NCBI GenBank assembly: GCA_963724765.1
Contig: CAVRVY010000003.1
Location: 1,376,001 to 1,440,000 of the forward strand
Direction: 5' to 3'
DNA length: 64,000 nucleotides
DNA from: an uncultured delta proteobacterium
Lineage (GTDB): Bacteria; Desulfobacterota; Binatia; Binatales; Binataceae
The notes under the pieces are model-generated. The model was given only the letters and a program-made list of their open reading frames with translations, was not told the origin of the DNA and made no database searches. Position numbers and translations under genes: made by a program. Numbering within the stretch: position 1 is the first letter of the stretch; every line of letters starts with the position of its first letter. Of this stretch, positions 53,539 to 63,973 are shown in pieces.

Positions 53539-54864
53539 TCAGAAAATCAGGCCGGTCTCGATGAGGCCGCGAACCTGCGACGGATTCTGGCCCTGCTTGC
53601 CGAATACATCGCCGGACGTGTAGCTCTCCGCCTGCACGTATGAAACCTCACCTCGGAAGAAAAACTGCTTGTACTGGAAGGTCGGCGTCAGCGTCAGAGA
53701 CCAGGCTTCGCTGCCGACTCCATACAATAGATTTGGAGCCCCATTGATAGTATTCCCATTCCCGGTGGATCCGATATATTCCGCGCGCCCAGCCACAAAG
53801 ATCTTATCCGTGATAGCGTAACTTGCGAGGATTGCTCCACCTATGGTCTCAGTGGTTTTATACACTCCGATGTCCGGGTTATTTGGTATGACGGTCTCTT
53901 GAAAATAGGGCTCAATGATCCAGGGTGAAGAGTTGTATTCATAGATTATGTTGTAGATTTGACCGTTGTTGTTGAGAACCGGCGTTGCGAAATTCGAGGA
54001 TTTCGCAAAACCGGCTTGACCACCGCCGACCAGGGTCAAAGTATTTGCTGGATTTATCGTCCACCCCAACGAGCCCGTAACCCATGTGTAGCTATGGGAA
54101 TAGAAGCCGTTGTTCCAGCTCACCGAAGCGGCGAGCGGTCCATAAGTATAGTTGAGCTGCAAGCCGCGATTGACGGCGTTCTCCTGATTCCACAGTAGCC
54201 CGCGCTCGATATTCATGTTTTCGAAAGTGAAAGTGTACTCGGCCCCAATCAGCGTCGGGAGATTACCGGCTTCGATTGAAAAGCTGTCGGTAGGAACAAT
54301 CTTCAGATAACCAACCGGCAGAGGCCCATACAGCGCGTTTACCGCGTTTCCCAAATCGACATACGGAGCGCCTAGCGCCGGAATGCTGTATCCGCCCACC
54401 TGTAGATAGTATTGAATCGGCCCATCAGCCTTCTGGATGATGGCTTCCGCATTGCTGAAATCCACCCGGTTGTCGAAGTCGCCAGGCACGGCGTGATTCT
54501 GAAATATGCCGATCCCGCTTACCACGCCGTTGACGTCGAAATCGAAGAGAGTCGCGATCGGAGCAGGCAACTCTGAAAGGAATGGCACATACTTCGGTAG
54601 ATTGATTTCGTTGGGCGAAGCCATCTGTAGAGGCCCCACCATCGTTGGCGATGTCAGAGGCGGCACCGGAGTAGCCGCCGCCGCAGGAGCCGGAGTACTG
54701 GCAGCGGCCGGAGAGGCGCCAGGAGTTGCAGACGCAGGCCCGCTGGATCCATCGGCCCACGCGTTGTGTTCACAAGCAATCATGAGGGTCAGGAGCAGTA
54801 CCCATACAAGGCTTCCAATGGCCGAACGTCCTGCGCGATGTTTCATATCTAACTTGTTCTCCAT
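53539..54864 (-). CDS. Outer-membrane beta-barrel protein (putative porin)
   Basis: Signal peptide, Pro/Ala linker, AGNLPTLIGAEY, amphipathic strands, terminal Phe (ETGLIF). Confidence 0.85.
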   Translation of the reverse strand: MENKLDMKHRAGRSAIGSLVWVLLLTLMIACEHNAWADGSSGPASATPGASPAAASTPAPAAAATPVPPLTSPTMVGPLQMASPNEINLPKYVPFLSELPAPIATLFDFDVNGVVSGIGIFQNHAVPGDFDNRVDFSNAEAIIQKADGPIQYYLQVGGYSIPALGAPYVDLGNAVNALYGPLPVGYLKIVPTDSFSIEAGNLPTLIGAEYTFTFENMNIERGLLWNQENAVNRGLQLNYTYGPLAASVSWNNGFYSHSYTWVTGSLGWTINPANTLTLVGGGQAGFAKSSNFATPVLNNNGQIYNIIYEYNSSPWIIEPYFQETVIPNNPDIGVYKTTETIGGAILASYAITDKIFVAGRAEYIGSTGNGNTINGAPNLLYGVGSEAWSLTLTPTFQYKQFFFRGEVSYVQAESYTSGDVFGKQGQNPSQVRGLIETGLIF

Positions 54865-55005
54865 TCCGTTGCGTCTGCTGGATATTCAGGTTTGAGGATC
54901 AGGTCCTCCGCGGCTTACTCAATTTCCATGCCGTCTTAGCGCGATCGGCTGACCATCAGATTCGTTAACATTCCCGGTCGGCACGTGCGCAATCCGCGCC
55001 CACGA

Positions 55006-55047
55006 TGCTGACCAGCGGAGCGGCATCTGCCGTCCCGCTGGTCAGCA
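55006..55047. terminator. Stem-loop between amt and the porin gene
   Basis: TGCTGACCAGCGG...CCGCTGGTCAGCA, a 13-bp perfect outer stem. Confidence 0.45.
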
Positions 55048-55226
55048 ATATGCAATGCGGCGCAATGCAGGATGGCTGATCGGGCCCAAGGCACGGCCGT
55101 GGGCAGCGGAAAAAGACCGCGCCGCACGGCCGCGCGCGAGTCGCGCGAGCGCCGAGCGGCGCGGAGATGGGGCGGGTGCCGGCTGCGCGTCGTGCGCCCG
55201 GCACCCGCCCGTTGTTTGCATCGCGT

Positions 55227-56933
55227 CTACGCTCTTGCCGCCTGCGATCCGGGAGTGATCATCTCGATCCGGTCCTCGGGATAGGCCTCCATGCCGAACT
55301 CGGGAACGTCGAGACCTTCGAGTTCGACCTCCTTGGAGACACGCATCGAGCTGGTCGAGTTGACCAGCGAGAACACCAGGTAGGTGAAACCGAAGATGTA
55401 GATTGCCATGAAGGTGGCTCCGCCAATCTGGGTGAAGAACTGCCGGTAGTCTCCGTAGAGCAGACCGGTCACACCCATCCCGGCCTTGCCGAGGTAAGTG
55501 GTGGCGCCGACGCCGTTCCATCCAGCGCCGTAAGTCCCGTCGGCGAAGATGCCGACGCAGACCGCACCGAGCCAGCCGCAGTATCCATGAACTGAGATGG
55601 CTCCGCAGGGATCGTCGACTTTGATCACGCGCTCATTGAAGAGCACGCCCAAGCAGACGACGATGCCGGCCAGAAAGCCAATCATTACTGCCGAGTTGGG
55701 CGACACGAACGCGCAGGGCGCGGTGATCGCGACCAGTCCGGCGAGCATCCCGTTACAGGCCATCGTGATGTCCGGTTTGCCGAACATGTAGTACCACAGG
55801 AACATCGCCGTCGCGGAACCTGCTACAGCGGCCAGGTTGGTGTTCACCGCGATAACCGAGATACGAAGATCGGACGCACCGAGCGTGGACCCCGGATTAA
55901 ACCCCATCCATCCGAAGAGCAGGATGAAAGTGCCAATCACGACAAAGGCGAGATTGTGTGCCGGGAAAGCTCGCGGCTTGCCATCGGGGCCGTACTTGCC
56001 GAGCCGAGGGCCGAGGATCACAGCCAACGCCATGGCGCAGAAGCCGCCCACGCCGTGGACCACCGTCGAGCCCGCGAAGTCCACGTAACCGTGAGCCATC
56101 CCCATAGTGTTTCCCAGCTGTGACAGCCAACCGCCGCCCCACACCCAGCAGCCAAAACTCGGGTAGAGAATGGCGCCCATGAAGAGTTCGCAGAGGATGA
56201 AAGCCCAGAAGTTGATTCGCTCGCAGATGGCGCCGACGATGATATAGCCGGCCGTCTCCATGAACACGACCTCGAACAGCGTCAGACACAGGCTGCCGGC
56301 ATCGTAGCCCGGACCGCTCAGGAAGAATCCCTTGCCGCCCAGGAAGCCCCATAGGCCACCCCCAAGCAGGAAGTGGTTCAGCGTGGGAGTACCTCCCAGG
56401 TTAGTCGGCGCAGCATTTATCGCCGCACCGCCGTATTGGAAGGCGAATCCGCACACATAGTAAGCGAGAAACGCGAAGACGTAGGCCGCGAAGTTCAGCA
56501 TCATGAGATGCCCGGCGTTTTTCTTTCGCACCAGCCCGCACGTGAGCAGGGCAAACCCGGCCTGCATGAAGAGCACCAGGTACCCCGTGAGCAGGGTCCA
56601 CGAGAAGTTGGTGGAAATCCGCAGATGTCCCACGTTATCGGCGAGCTTCATGGCCAGGGGTTCTTTGGAGGCCTGGGCCTGGAAATCGTCAAATGCCTTC
56701 TTGTTCTTGGCATAGTCCGGCGCGGTCTTGTCGGTCGGCTCGGTAAGGATGAATGAGCTTCCGCCCGCGTCGGAAGTGGAGGTCCTGTCACCGGTTGAAA
56801 TTCCGGCGGGATCAGGTTGCGGCTCGTCGGCGAGCGCGACTAACACCGGCCCACAGAGCCATTGCGCGAAGAGTATCGCGAGGACTGCCTTAAGCAGCCA
56901 CAGCTTCGGACGTCTTAGAGAAACGTTTGGCAT
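55227..56933 (-). CDS. amtB: Ammonium transporter
   Basis: FMQAGFA, GAICER, DFAGSTVVHGVGG, FGWMGFNPGS, DDPCGAISVHG (twin His), EGLDVPEFG. Confidence 0.95.
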   Translation of the reverse strand: MPNVSLRRPKLWLLKAVLAILFAQWLCGPVLVALADEPQPDPAGISTGDRTSTSDAGGSSFILTEPTDKTAPDYAKNKKAFDDFQAQASKEPLAMKLADNVGHLRISTNFSWTLLTGYLVLFMQAGFALLTCGLVRKKNAGHLMMLNFAAYVFAFLAYYVCGFAFQYGGAAINAAPTNLGGTPTLNHFLLGGGLWGFLGGKGFFLSGPGYDAGSLCLTLFEVVFMETAGYIIVGAICERINFWAFILCELFMGAILYPSFGCWVWGGGWLSQLGNTMGMAHGYVDFAGSTVVHGVGGFCAMALAVILGPRLGKYGPDGKPRAFPAHNLAFVVIGTFILLFGWMGFNPGSTLGASDLRISVIAVNTNLAAVAGSATAMFLWYYMFGKPDITMACNGMLAGLVAITAPCAFVSPNSAVMIGFLAGIVVCLGVLFNERVIKVDDPCGAISVHGYCGWLGAVCVGIFADGTYGAGWNGVGATTYLGKAGMGVTGLLYGDYRQFFTQIGGATFMAIYIFGFTYLVFSLVNSTSSMRVSKEVELEGLDVPEFGMEAYPEDRIEMITPGSQAARA

Positions 56934-57001
56934 CTTGAATATCCCCTCCTGGCATGATGGTGCAGCGGCGGCTTCACGCCGCTGATCAAAAACAAATGAA
57001 A

Positions 57002-57343
<342 letters not shown>

Positions 57344-57466
57344 TCAGTCCTCTCCTTGTTCGCGGAAGAACCCTTGTCAAAATCACTTCGCGACCCATCC
57401 CGGCCCCCGACCGAGCGAGTCGGGGCTCAACGCAGAACTTTCCGTCTAGTACGCGGGCACCGAACG

Positions 57467-57481
57467 GCAAGAAAGGTGCCA
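57467..57481 (-). promoter_or_regulatory. Sigma54 -24/-12 promoter of glnK-amt
   Basis: Minus strand TGGCAC-CTTTC-TTGC is an exact consensus match about 127 nt upstream of glnK. Confidence 0.8.
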
Positions 57482-57544
57482 TGCAAAATGAAACCTTAGT
57501 GCTATATGCGATACGACTTTTTGCTCGCGCACTGTCGCTTGTGA

Positions 57545-57580
57545 TGCCCACGTGGAAGGCATCCGCTCAGCGATTAGTCA
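57545..57580. promoter_or_regulatory. Possible tandem 17-bp NtrC-type enhancer sites
   Basis: TGCCCACGTGGAAGGCA (57545-57561) and CGCTCAGCGATTAGTCA (57564-57580), upstream of the sigma54 site. Confidence 0.35.
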
Positions 57581-57641
57581 GTCCGCGATCGCCGCTGGGA
57601 GGAAAAAACTTGCGTAAATTACGGGGAATTGACGCGCTGAA

Positions 57642-57673
57642 AGGGCCAGGGTGCATAGCAGCACCCCGGCCCT
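57642..57673 (-). terminator. Stem-loop terminator after the second cyclase gene
   Basis: Minus strand AGGGCCGGGGTGC-N6-GCACCCTGGCCCT followed by TT. Confidence 0.5.
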
Positions 57674-57689
57674 ATCGAGAGATCGGAGG

Positions 57690-58658
57690 CTACTTTATCG
57701 CCACTGCGTTGGGTGGCGAGGCGATGCCGCCCTCCACGTTGAGTGGGCACGAGACCAGCATGAATTCGTACTGGCGGTCCTGATGGCAATCGGCGGCCAG
57801 CTCGTCGAGGACGAACTGCTCGCCCAGCGGCAAGCCCAACAGCGAGAGTGTGCGGTAGTGCAGGGCGCCTTCGTTGCGGAAGTCCCACGGCCATTGCTCG
57901 ACCGCCGGGCAATCAGTGCCAATCGCGGCGACCCGGCTGTCCCACATCCACGCCACCATCTCGCGAGTATCCTCGATGCCGCAGGCTTTGAGGTTTTTCA
58001 TCGGCGCCATCTCTGTCTTCTGTGCGGGCGTCGATTTGACGTAGGCCTGCATCCAGCCGGTGCGCAGCAGCAGCACGCTGCCGGGTTTTAGCGAGCCGCC
58101 CTGCGCCTTGAGCGCGTCCTTCAGATCTTGCAGCGAGTAGCGCTCGGGTTCGAGCGGGTTGACGGGCCGTCCCGCCTCGGCGCGGAACTTGAAGAGGTCG
58201 ACCAGGTGGCCCTTGCCGACGAACTTGTCGGCCCAGCTATGGATGCTCAGGCGGCCGGCCTTCACGTCGTCGGAGGTTTTGCCGTTGTAGAAGGCCTGAT
58301 GGCGCAAGTTGCCGACATGGCCGAGGCCGTCCCATTGAGCGCCCTCCTGGGTGTTGTAGTTGTCGAGCATGTCATCGAAGCCGAGCAGGCCGTAGGACTC
58401 GAAGCTCGACAGGATGTGCCTGGCGGGCTTGCGCTCGAACAGCGGCGGGTTGGCGTAGTTCACCCGCGTGTCGAGGCGGAAAATCCTGCCCTTCTTGACC
58501 ATCCGGGACGCTTCGATGACGCCCTCCGGAGTCAGGAAGTTGAGGCATCCGAGATCGTCGTCGTCCCCGAACACGCCCCAGCACGAATCCGGCGGCGCGC
58601 CCTTCTTGACCGGCAGTTCGGAGAACTTGGGCAGCTTTGCGAAATCGACCTTGGCCAT
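57690..58658 (-). CDS. Cyclase-family metal-dependent hydrolase
   Basis: WGVFGDDDDLGCLNFLT, NTQEGAQWDGLGH, VLLLRTGW, GGIASPPNAVAIK. Confidence 0.9.
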   Translation of the reverse strand: MAKVDFAKLPKFSELPVKKGAPPDSCWGVFGDDDDLGCLNFLTPEGVIEASRMVKKGRIFRLDTRVNYANPPLFERKPARHILSSFESYGLLGFDDMLDNYNTQEGAQWDGLGHVGNLRHQAFYNGKTSDDVKAGRLSIHSWADKFVGKGHLVDLFKFRAEAGRPVNPLEPERYSLQDLKDALKAQGGSLKPGSVLLLRTGWMQAYVKSTPAQKTEMAPMKNLKACGIEDTREMVAWMWDSRVAAIGTDCPAVEQWPWDFRNEGALHYRTLSLLGLPLGEQFVLDELAADCHQDRQYEFMLVSCPLNVEGGIASPPNAVAIK

Positions 58659-58970
58659 GACAAGTCACCTTCCTCGCGTGCGCGTGGCCTGCGCGGCCGC
58701 GCAGTTTATGCGGGCGTCGTCCGGTCCGTGCTCGGTCCGGACAATCTTCAAAGTGGCCCGCGGATGAACGATTCACGCTCCGATCGTTCGTCCAACAGGG
58801 AAGCTTCTGTCAAGCCTGGCCCGTGCCTCACCGGGACGATAAAGGCCGCAGCCTGACAATCTGGGCTGGGCTTGGACGGTCCGCACGGATGCCGACGCTT
58901 GCAGCGTACCGGCGTGCACTTGAGGCGCCGATTTGTGTAGCGCGAGCGGTCGGCTATCGTATTCGCCACC

Positions 58971-60182
58971 ATGGGGAGAGCGAGACAAAGGGGTGGAGTG
59001 CGTGCGCTGGGAAGAGCAATTGGTACGGGCGTGGTCGCCGGATGGCTCGGCGTGCTCCTGCTCGTCGTCCTGAGCGCGTCCTGCGGTCATCAGTACTTTC
59101 TCACCGGGAACTCGTCGGCCACCCCGACCGCGACCGGGAGCGCAGGTCCGACCGCGACCCCAACGGCGGGGCTGGTCTTCGCGACTAACAATGGCGATGG
59201 CACGCTCAGTGAATTCAGCCGCAACCTCACAACTGGTGCGCTCACCTTGATCGGCACGACCGCGGCCGGTGCGGCGTCGGGACCCACCGGGCTCGCGCTG
59301 AGCCCCTCCAACGGGTTTCTCTACGTGGCCAACTCGGCCGACCATCTGGTGCGCGAGTTCAGCGTCGATACCTCCAGCGGTGCGATCGCCGGGATCGGCT
59401 CGGTCAGCGACGGCGCGAGCAGTTCACCGCAGCGCATCGCGATCGATGCAACGGGCAGTTTTCTGTACGTCACTGACGGTGTTGGCGGTACGATCTCGCA
59501 GTACACGATCGGCTCCAACGGCACGCTTACGGCCAACGGTTCGTTCACCGCCAGCGGAGTCGTCGTTCAGCCGCTGGGAATCGCGGCAGCGCCGGCCGGG
59601 GGTGCGATGTACGTCGCGGACTTCAGTTCGGGTCTGGTGATCTCGCTGGGCATTCTGTCCGGCGGGACGCTGGAGCTGATCAATAGTGTCGCGAGCCTGG
59701 GGACGAACGGTCCCGGACAACCGCGGGGAATCGTGGTCGATCCCACGGGCGATTTTGTCTACGTTACCGACAGCGCAGGCGGCGTGGTGTCGGTTTTTTC
59801 AGTGGGCACAAACGACGCTCTGACATTCTTGGCCAGCTACGCGACCGCGGCCCTCACTCGCAAGACGTTTGATCTTGCGCTCGCCAACAACGCGGCGGCG
59901 CTCTTCCTCTACGCGACCAACGGTACGATCAACACGGTCTCCGATTTCATCGCGAGTAGCGGAGTCTTGTCACTGCAGAGCGCGGCGGGTGGGCTCAGCG
60001 CGCCCGAGGGGATCGTCAGTGATCCCAGCGGAAGCTTTGTCTACGTGGCGAACAATGCCACCGGCCAGGTTCTGGGCTACACGGTGGGCGCGAACGGGGC
60101 GCTGAGCCTGATCGGCACGTTCGATACGGAAAACCCGGTCAATCCGGTAAGCTTCCCCGCCTACCTTGCGATTACGCAGTAG
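58971..60182 (+). CDS. Lactonase-like beta-propeller lipoprotein
   Basis: Lipobox LSASC; repeated P.GI..DP.G.F(L/V)YV blades. Confidence 0.85.
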   Translation: MGRARQRGGVRALGRAIGTGVVAGWLGVLLLVVLSASCGHQYFLTGNSSATPTATGSAGPTATPTAGLVFATNNGDGTLSEFSRNLTTGALTLIGTTAAGAASGPTGLALSPSNGFLYVANSADHLVREFSVDTSSGAIAGIGSVSDGASSSPQRIAIDATGSFLYVTDGVGGTISQYTIGSNGTLTANGSFTASGVVVQPLGIAAAPAGGAMYVADFSSGLVISLGILSGGTLELINSVASLGTNGPGQPRGIVVDPTGDFVYVTDSAGGVVSVFSVGTNDALTFLASYATAALTRKTFDLALANNAAALFLYATNGTINTVSDFIASSGVLSLQSAAGGLSAPEGIVSDPSGSFVYVANNATGQVLGYTVGANGALSLIGTFDTENPVNPVSFPAYLAITQ

Positions 60183-60239
60183 CGGGCGCGCCCGCCGTTC
60201 GCGGGACGCGACTTTTAACTGCGACGATACCTTTCGGCT

Positions 60240-60388
60240 CCCTCTCCTGGTCCAAGGAGAGGGGCGGGGAAAGGTCCGCTGATCGCTTTACGCGATCCGT
60301 TCGAAGTGGCTGCGGCACAGGGCAATTCAGGCTGACCTCTCCCGCCGCTCACGAGGCTCGCGGCGACCTCTCCCTGGTCAAGGAGAGG
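60240..60388. repeat. Pair of CCTCTCC..GGAGAGG hairpin repeats between convergent genes
   Basis: CCCTCTCCTGGTCCAAGGAGAGGG (about 60240) and CCTCTCCCTGGTCAAGGAGAGG (about 60367). Confidence 0.65.
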
Positions 60389-60400
60389 TAAGAGATGGCG

Positions 60401-61537
60401 CTAGGTAAACGGGAGCGCCTTGGCGGGCTGCGGAATCCCCTTCTGCCGCGCGCGTATCAGCAAATCGCGCAGTTTGGCCGGGTTGACCGGCTTCTTGAAC
60501 AGCGCGCCTTCGAGTCCCTTGAGGCGGCTTCGCATGATGATGTGATCGGGGTCATAGTTGTACGCGGTCATCAGGACGACCGGCAGATGAGGCATCTCTT
60601 CCTTGACGCGCGTGTAGAACTCGTAACCGTCCATCTCGGGCATCACGACGTCGGAGATGACCGCGTCGACGCGCACGTTGCGCAGGATGCCGAAGGCGGT
60701 GCTCGGGCGGATTGCGGTGTAGACCTGGCAGCGTTCGGCGCGCAGCACGTCGGCGAGCGAACTCACGACCGACAGGTCGTCGTCGAGCACCAGCACTGCC
60801 ATCCCGGCCAGCGGCCAGTCGCATCCGTTCTTGGACGCGTCGGGCACCGCCGAGCGTTCTTCGGCTTCGGCGCCGCGCGGCGCAAGGTCGGCCATCTTCT
60901 TGCCCGCCAGGTAGTCGCGGGTTTCGTAGATGCCCTTGCGAGTCATCTCGTCGAGCCGGCGCACGATACCCTGAACGCGCCGGATGCCGCTGCGGATCGA
61001 GTCGAGCCGCTCGTGCTCGACCACCAACTCGGCGTCGGAGAGGTGCGCTTCTACGCAGCGCGCCAGCAGGTCGAGGTTGTTGGTGATGGCTTCCAGCGGA
61101 TTATAGATTTCATGCGCCAGGCTGACCGCGATTTCGCCGGCCGTCGCGAGCTGCTCGCGATGGCGCATCAGGCGGATATCGCGGGCGAAGCCGATCGAGC
61201 CGGCCTCGGTGCCGTCGTGCTCATAGATGATCGAGCCCGAGATGGCGACCGGGATGAGCTCGCCGTCCTTGCCGCGGAGCACGGTCTCGAAGTTGGAGAT
61301 GCGCCCCGAATCCTCGCCGGCGGCGCGCATCGCCTTCATTACGCGGCGCGCTTCCTCGAGCGAGGGGTAGATGGTGGTGATTTTCTGGCCGACGATTTCC
61401 TCGGCGGAGAAGTGCAGGCTTTTGCGCGCTCCGTCGTTGTAGAAAATGATCGTGCCGTTACGGTCGACCGCGATGATAATGTCTGGGGAGCTTTCGACCA
61501 GGCTTTGGAGATAGTTATGGTCCAATGATGACAACAT
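60401..61537 (-). CDS. PAS + HisKA + receiver protein lacking a HATPase domain
   Basis: PAS/PAC; LAHEIYNPL H box; short linker; REC with LDDD, ISDVVMPEMDG, MTAY, KKP. Confidence 0.85.
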   Translation of the reverse strand: MLSSLDHNYLQSLVESSPDIIIAVDRNGTIIFYNDGARKSLHFSAEEIVGQKITTIYPSLEEARRVMKAMRAAGEDSGRISNFETVLRGKDGELIPVAISGSIIYEHDGTEAGSIGFARDIRLMRHREQLATAGEIAVSLAHEIYNPLEAITNNLDLLARCVEAHLSDAELVVEHERLDSIRSGIRRVQGIVRRLDEMTRKGIYETRDYLAGKKMADLAPRGAEAEERSAVPDASKNGCDWPLAGMAVLVLDDDLSVVSSLADVLRAERCQVYTAIRPSTAFGILRNVRVDAVISDVVMPEMDGYEFYTRVKEEMPHLPVVLMTAYNYDPDHIIMRSRLKGLEGALFKKPVNPAKLRDLLIRARQKGIPQPAKALPFT

Positions 61538-62530
61538 GATGGGTTGCCGCGGAAGTTATTAAAATCCCTCTACGCCAGGACGCGGCACGCCGGGCGAAGG
61601 GTTTGAAGTTTCATATTCAATCAGCGCGAAGCGACTTGTTCGCGGCGCGCGGCCGAACTCCGGCGGCGCGGCCGCCTTGTCCTATATCCAATATAACCTC
61701 GATTGGCGGCCCGTAGCGGATTTCGCGTGGCCTGACGGCCCCAAGGCTGGAAATCATCTTTGTCCCCTCCTGCATCTTCACCGCCGCCGCGGCCGAGACG
61801 CGCATCCCTCACAAGTACGAATTTTGCCAGCCTCTCGTAGCTGACGCGGGAAAAGTCGCACCCCTGCGGTGTCGTCCCCACCGCCGGTTTTGTGGACCCC
61901 GGATGCCACCCCGACCTGTTGGTTAGTCTATCCCGCGCGCAAGTGCAATGCATCTCCCCATAGGGAATAGACACCCAACAGGGGTAAACAAACCCTCAAC
62001 AGGAGTTAATAAACGCCCAACACGTGTCAAAAATGGACACCAGGATAGATCAAGACGGGGCTAGCTATAGGGCAAGCCATGTCAAGGTCGTGCGTCGGGC
62101 GATGGAGCGACGAATGGCTGCGCCCGAAGCGGCGCTCTGTGCTCTTGGTCTTGTAGCGATGTGTGCGGTGTCCTCGCGCTCGGCAAGGGCGGCGGATACG
62201 TTGCGAATCGAAGGAGGGTCACAGGCGCCTGCCGCGAGGCCTCTAAAAATGTCCACGCTCGACAGACGAGGCGAGAAGCAGTCGCCCGCTTTTGAGGTTC
62301 AAAATGCTTCACTACCCCAAACTTGTATCCATGTCATGCCCACACCGTATAAACTCTGAAGGGTCCGTGTCAGGGTTTGGCACGGAGATTCAAGTGGCGG
62401 CGCCTGGGAAGCCTGCGGAACCTGTCGAGTCGCCGGACTTGCCGAAAGCGGCGGATTGGGCGAGGAATAAATCGGTTGGCGGGGGAGTCCTAAATTGAGT
62501 GGTGCTCGGCGGCTTAGGGCAGCGGTTCAG

Positions 62531-62560
62531 TTGCCATAGCATCGCGCTTACACCTACAAT
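62531..62560 (+). promoter_or_regulatory. Putative sigma70 promoter of the vWA gene
   Basis: TTGCCA-N18-TACAAT, ending 21 nt before the ATG. Confidence 0.5.
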
Positions 62561-62581
62561 TCGTGCCGGAGAGCATCTTAA

Positions 62582-63892
62582 ATGGCAGAACCTCTTAGCT
62601 TCGAAGCGCTCGCGAGCCGCGAGTACGTGCTTTCGAGCGCGGAAAATTTCGTTCTGTACGTCTTGCTCGAAGCAATTGCGCAGGGCGGAGGCGGCGCGGG
62701 CGGCGGCTCACGATTGCCATTGAACCTGGGCCTGGTAATCGACCGCTCGGGTTCGATGTACGACGAACGGCGCCTCGAATTCGTGATCGAGGCGGTCAAG
62801 TTTCTCGCCGAGAACGTGGCGCCCCAGGACAAGGTCGCGGTCGTCGCCTTCGCTGACCGCGCCAAGGTGATCGTCGGCTCGGACGAAATCCATGACAGAG
62901 GCGTCGTGCGGCGCGCGATCGAGGATATCGATTTGCTCGAGATCGGCGGCGGCACGCAGATGGCGTTGGGGATGCGTGCGGCGATCGACGAGGTCAAGAA
63001 AAATCTCGCGCCCAACCGGCTCAACCGCGTCCTGGTGCTCACGGACGGACAGACCTACGAGGAAACCGCCTGCATCGATCTGGCCAATCAGAACCGCGAT
63101 CAGATGTCGTTCTCGGCGATGGGCGTGGGGGTCGAATTCAACGAGAAGCTGCTGATGCGGATCTCTCAAGACTCGCACGGCAAGTATCACTTCATCGGGA
63201 ACCCGGCGGAAATTCCCGGCATCTTCGAGGACGAACTGGCGGGCCTACGCGCGGTCAGCGTGCGCAACGGACGAATCGAAGTCACGCTCGCGCAGGGCGT
63301 GCAGGTGCGCGAGGCCTTTCGCGCCAGTCCCGAAATCTACTCGCTCGGCGCGCCGCTGGTTGGCGAAGACCGCCATATCAGTTACGAGATCGGTGACCTG
63401 GAAGCCAACGTTCCCGGCTCTGTACTGATGACCCTGGTGCTGCCGCCACGCAAGCCCGGACCGGTGCGAATTCTGCAATCGAACCTGCGTTACGAGGTGC
63501 CCGGCGTCGGCGAACAGAGCCTGGGCCGCGACCTGACCGTCGAGTACACGCTCGACCGCACGCTCACCGGCAAGGTCAGTGGGCGCGTAATGAACCTGGT
63601 CGACCAGGTCTCGATCGCCAAGATGCAGTCGCGCGCCGAAGAGGAACTCAAGGCGGGCAACGTGGATCGCGCGACACGCCTGTTGAGCAATGCGATCCAG
63701 GGCACCCAGCGTCTGGGTAACGTCAAGGCGACGCAGGCGCTGGTGGGCTTGATGAATGAGGTCAAGAAAACCCAGACGCTGCAGACCAAGGCGGCCAAGA
63801 CCACGCTCTTGCAGGCCCAGGCCGTGGTGCGCAAAACCCAGATGCTCGATCCGGACGCTCTGAAGGATTTTTCCAAGCCCGACCAGGGGTGA
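62582..63892 (+). CDS. von Willebrand factor A domain protein
   Basis: MIDAS motif LVIDRSGSM, GGT, VLTDG; C-terminal helical extension. Confidence 0.9.
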   Translation: MAEPLSFEALASREYVLSSAENFVLYVLLEAIAQGGGGAGGGSRLPLNLGLVIDRSGSMYDERRLEFVIEAVKFLAENVAPQDKVAVVAFADRAKVIVGSDEIHDRGVVRRAIEDIDLLEIGGGTQMALGMRAAIDEVKKNLAPNRLNRVLVLTDGQTYEETACIDLANQNRDQMSFSAMGVGVEFNEKLLMRISQDSHGKYHFIGNPAEIPGIFEDELAGLRAVSVRNGRIEVTLAQGVQVREAFRASPEIYSLGAPLVGEDRHISYEIGDLEANVPGSVLMTLVLPPRKPGPVRILQSNLRYEVPGVGEQSLGRDLTVEYTLDRTLTGKVSGRVMNLVDQVSIAKMQSRAEEELKAGNVDRATRLLSNAIQGTQRLGNVKATQALVGLMNEVKKTQTLQTKAAKTTLLQAQAVVRKTQMLDPDALKDFSKPDQG

Positions 63893-63973
63893 CAGTCGAA
63901 TTGAAATTAATCTGACCGTAGAGTCGGCCTGAGATGGCGATGCCGTGATGCCGGCCAGTGAGGTGCTGAGAAG

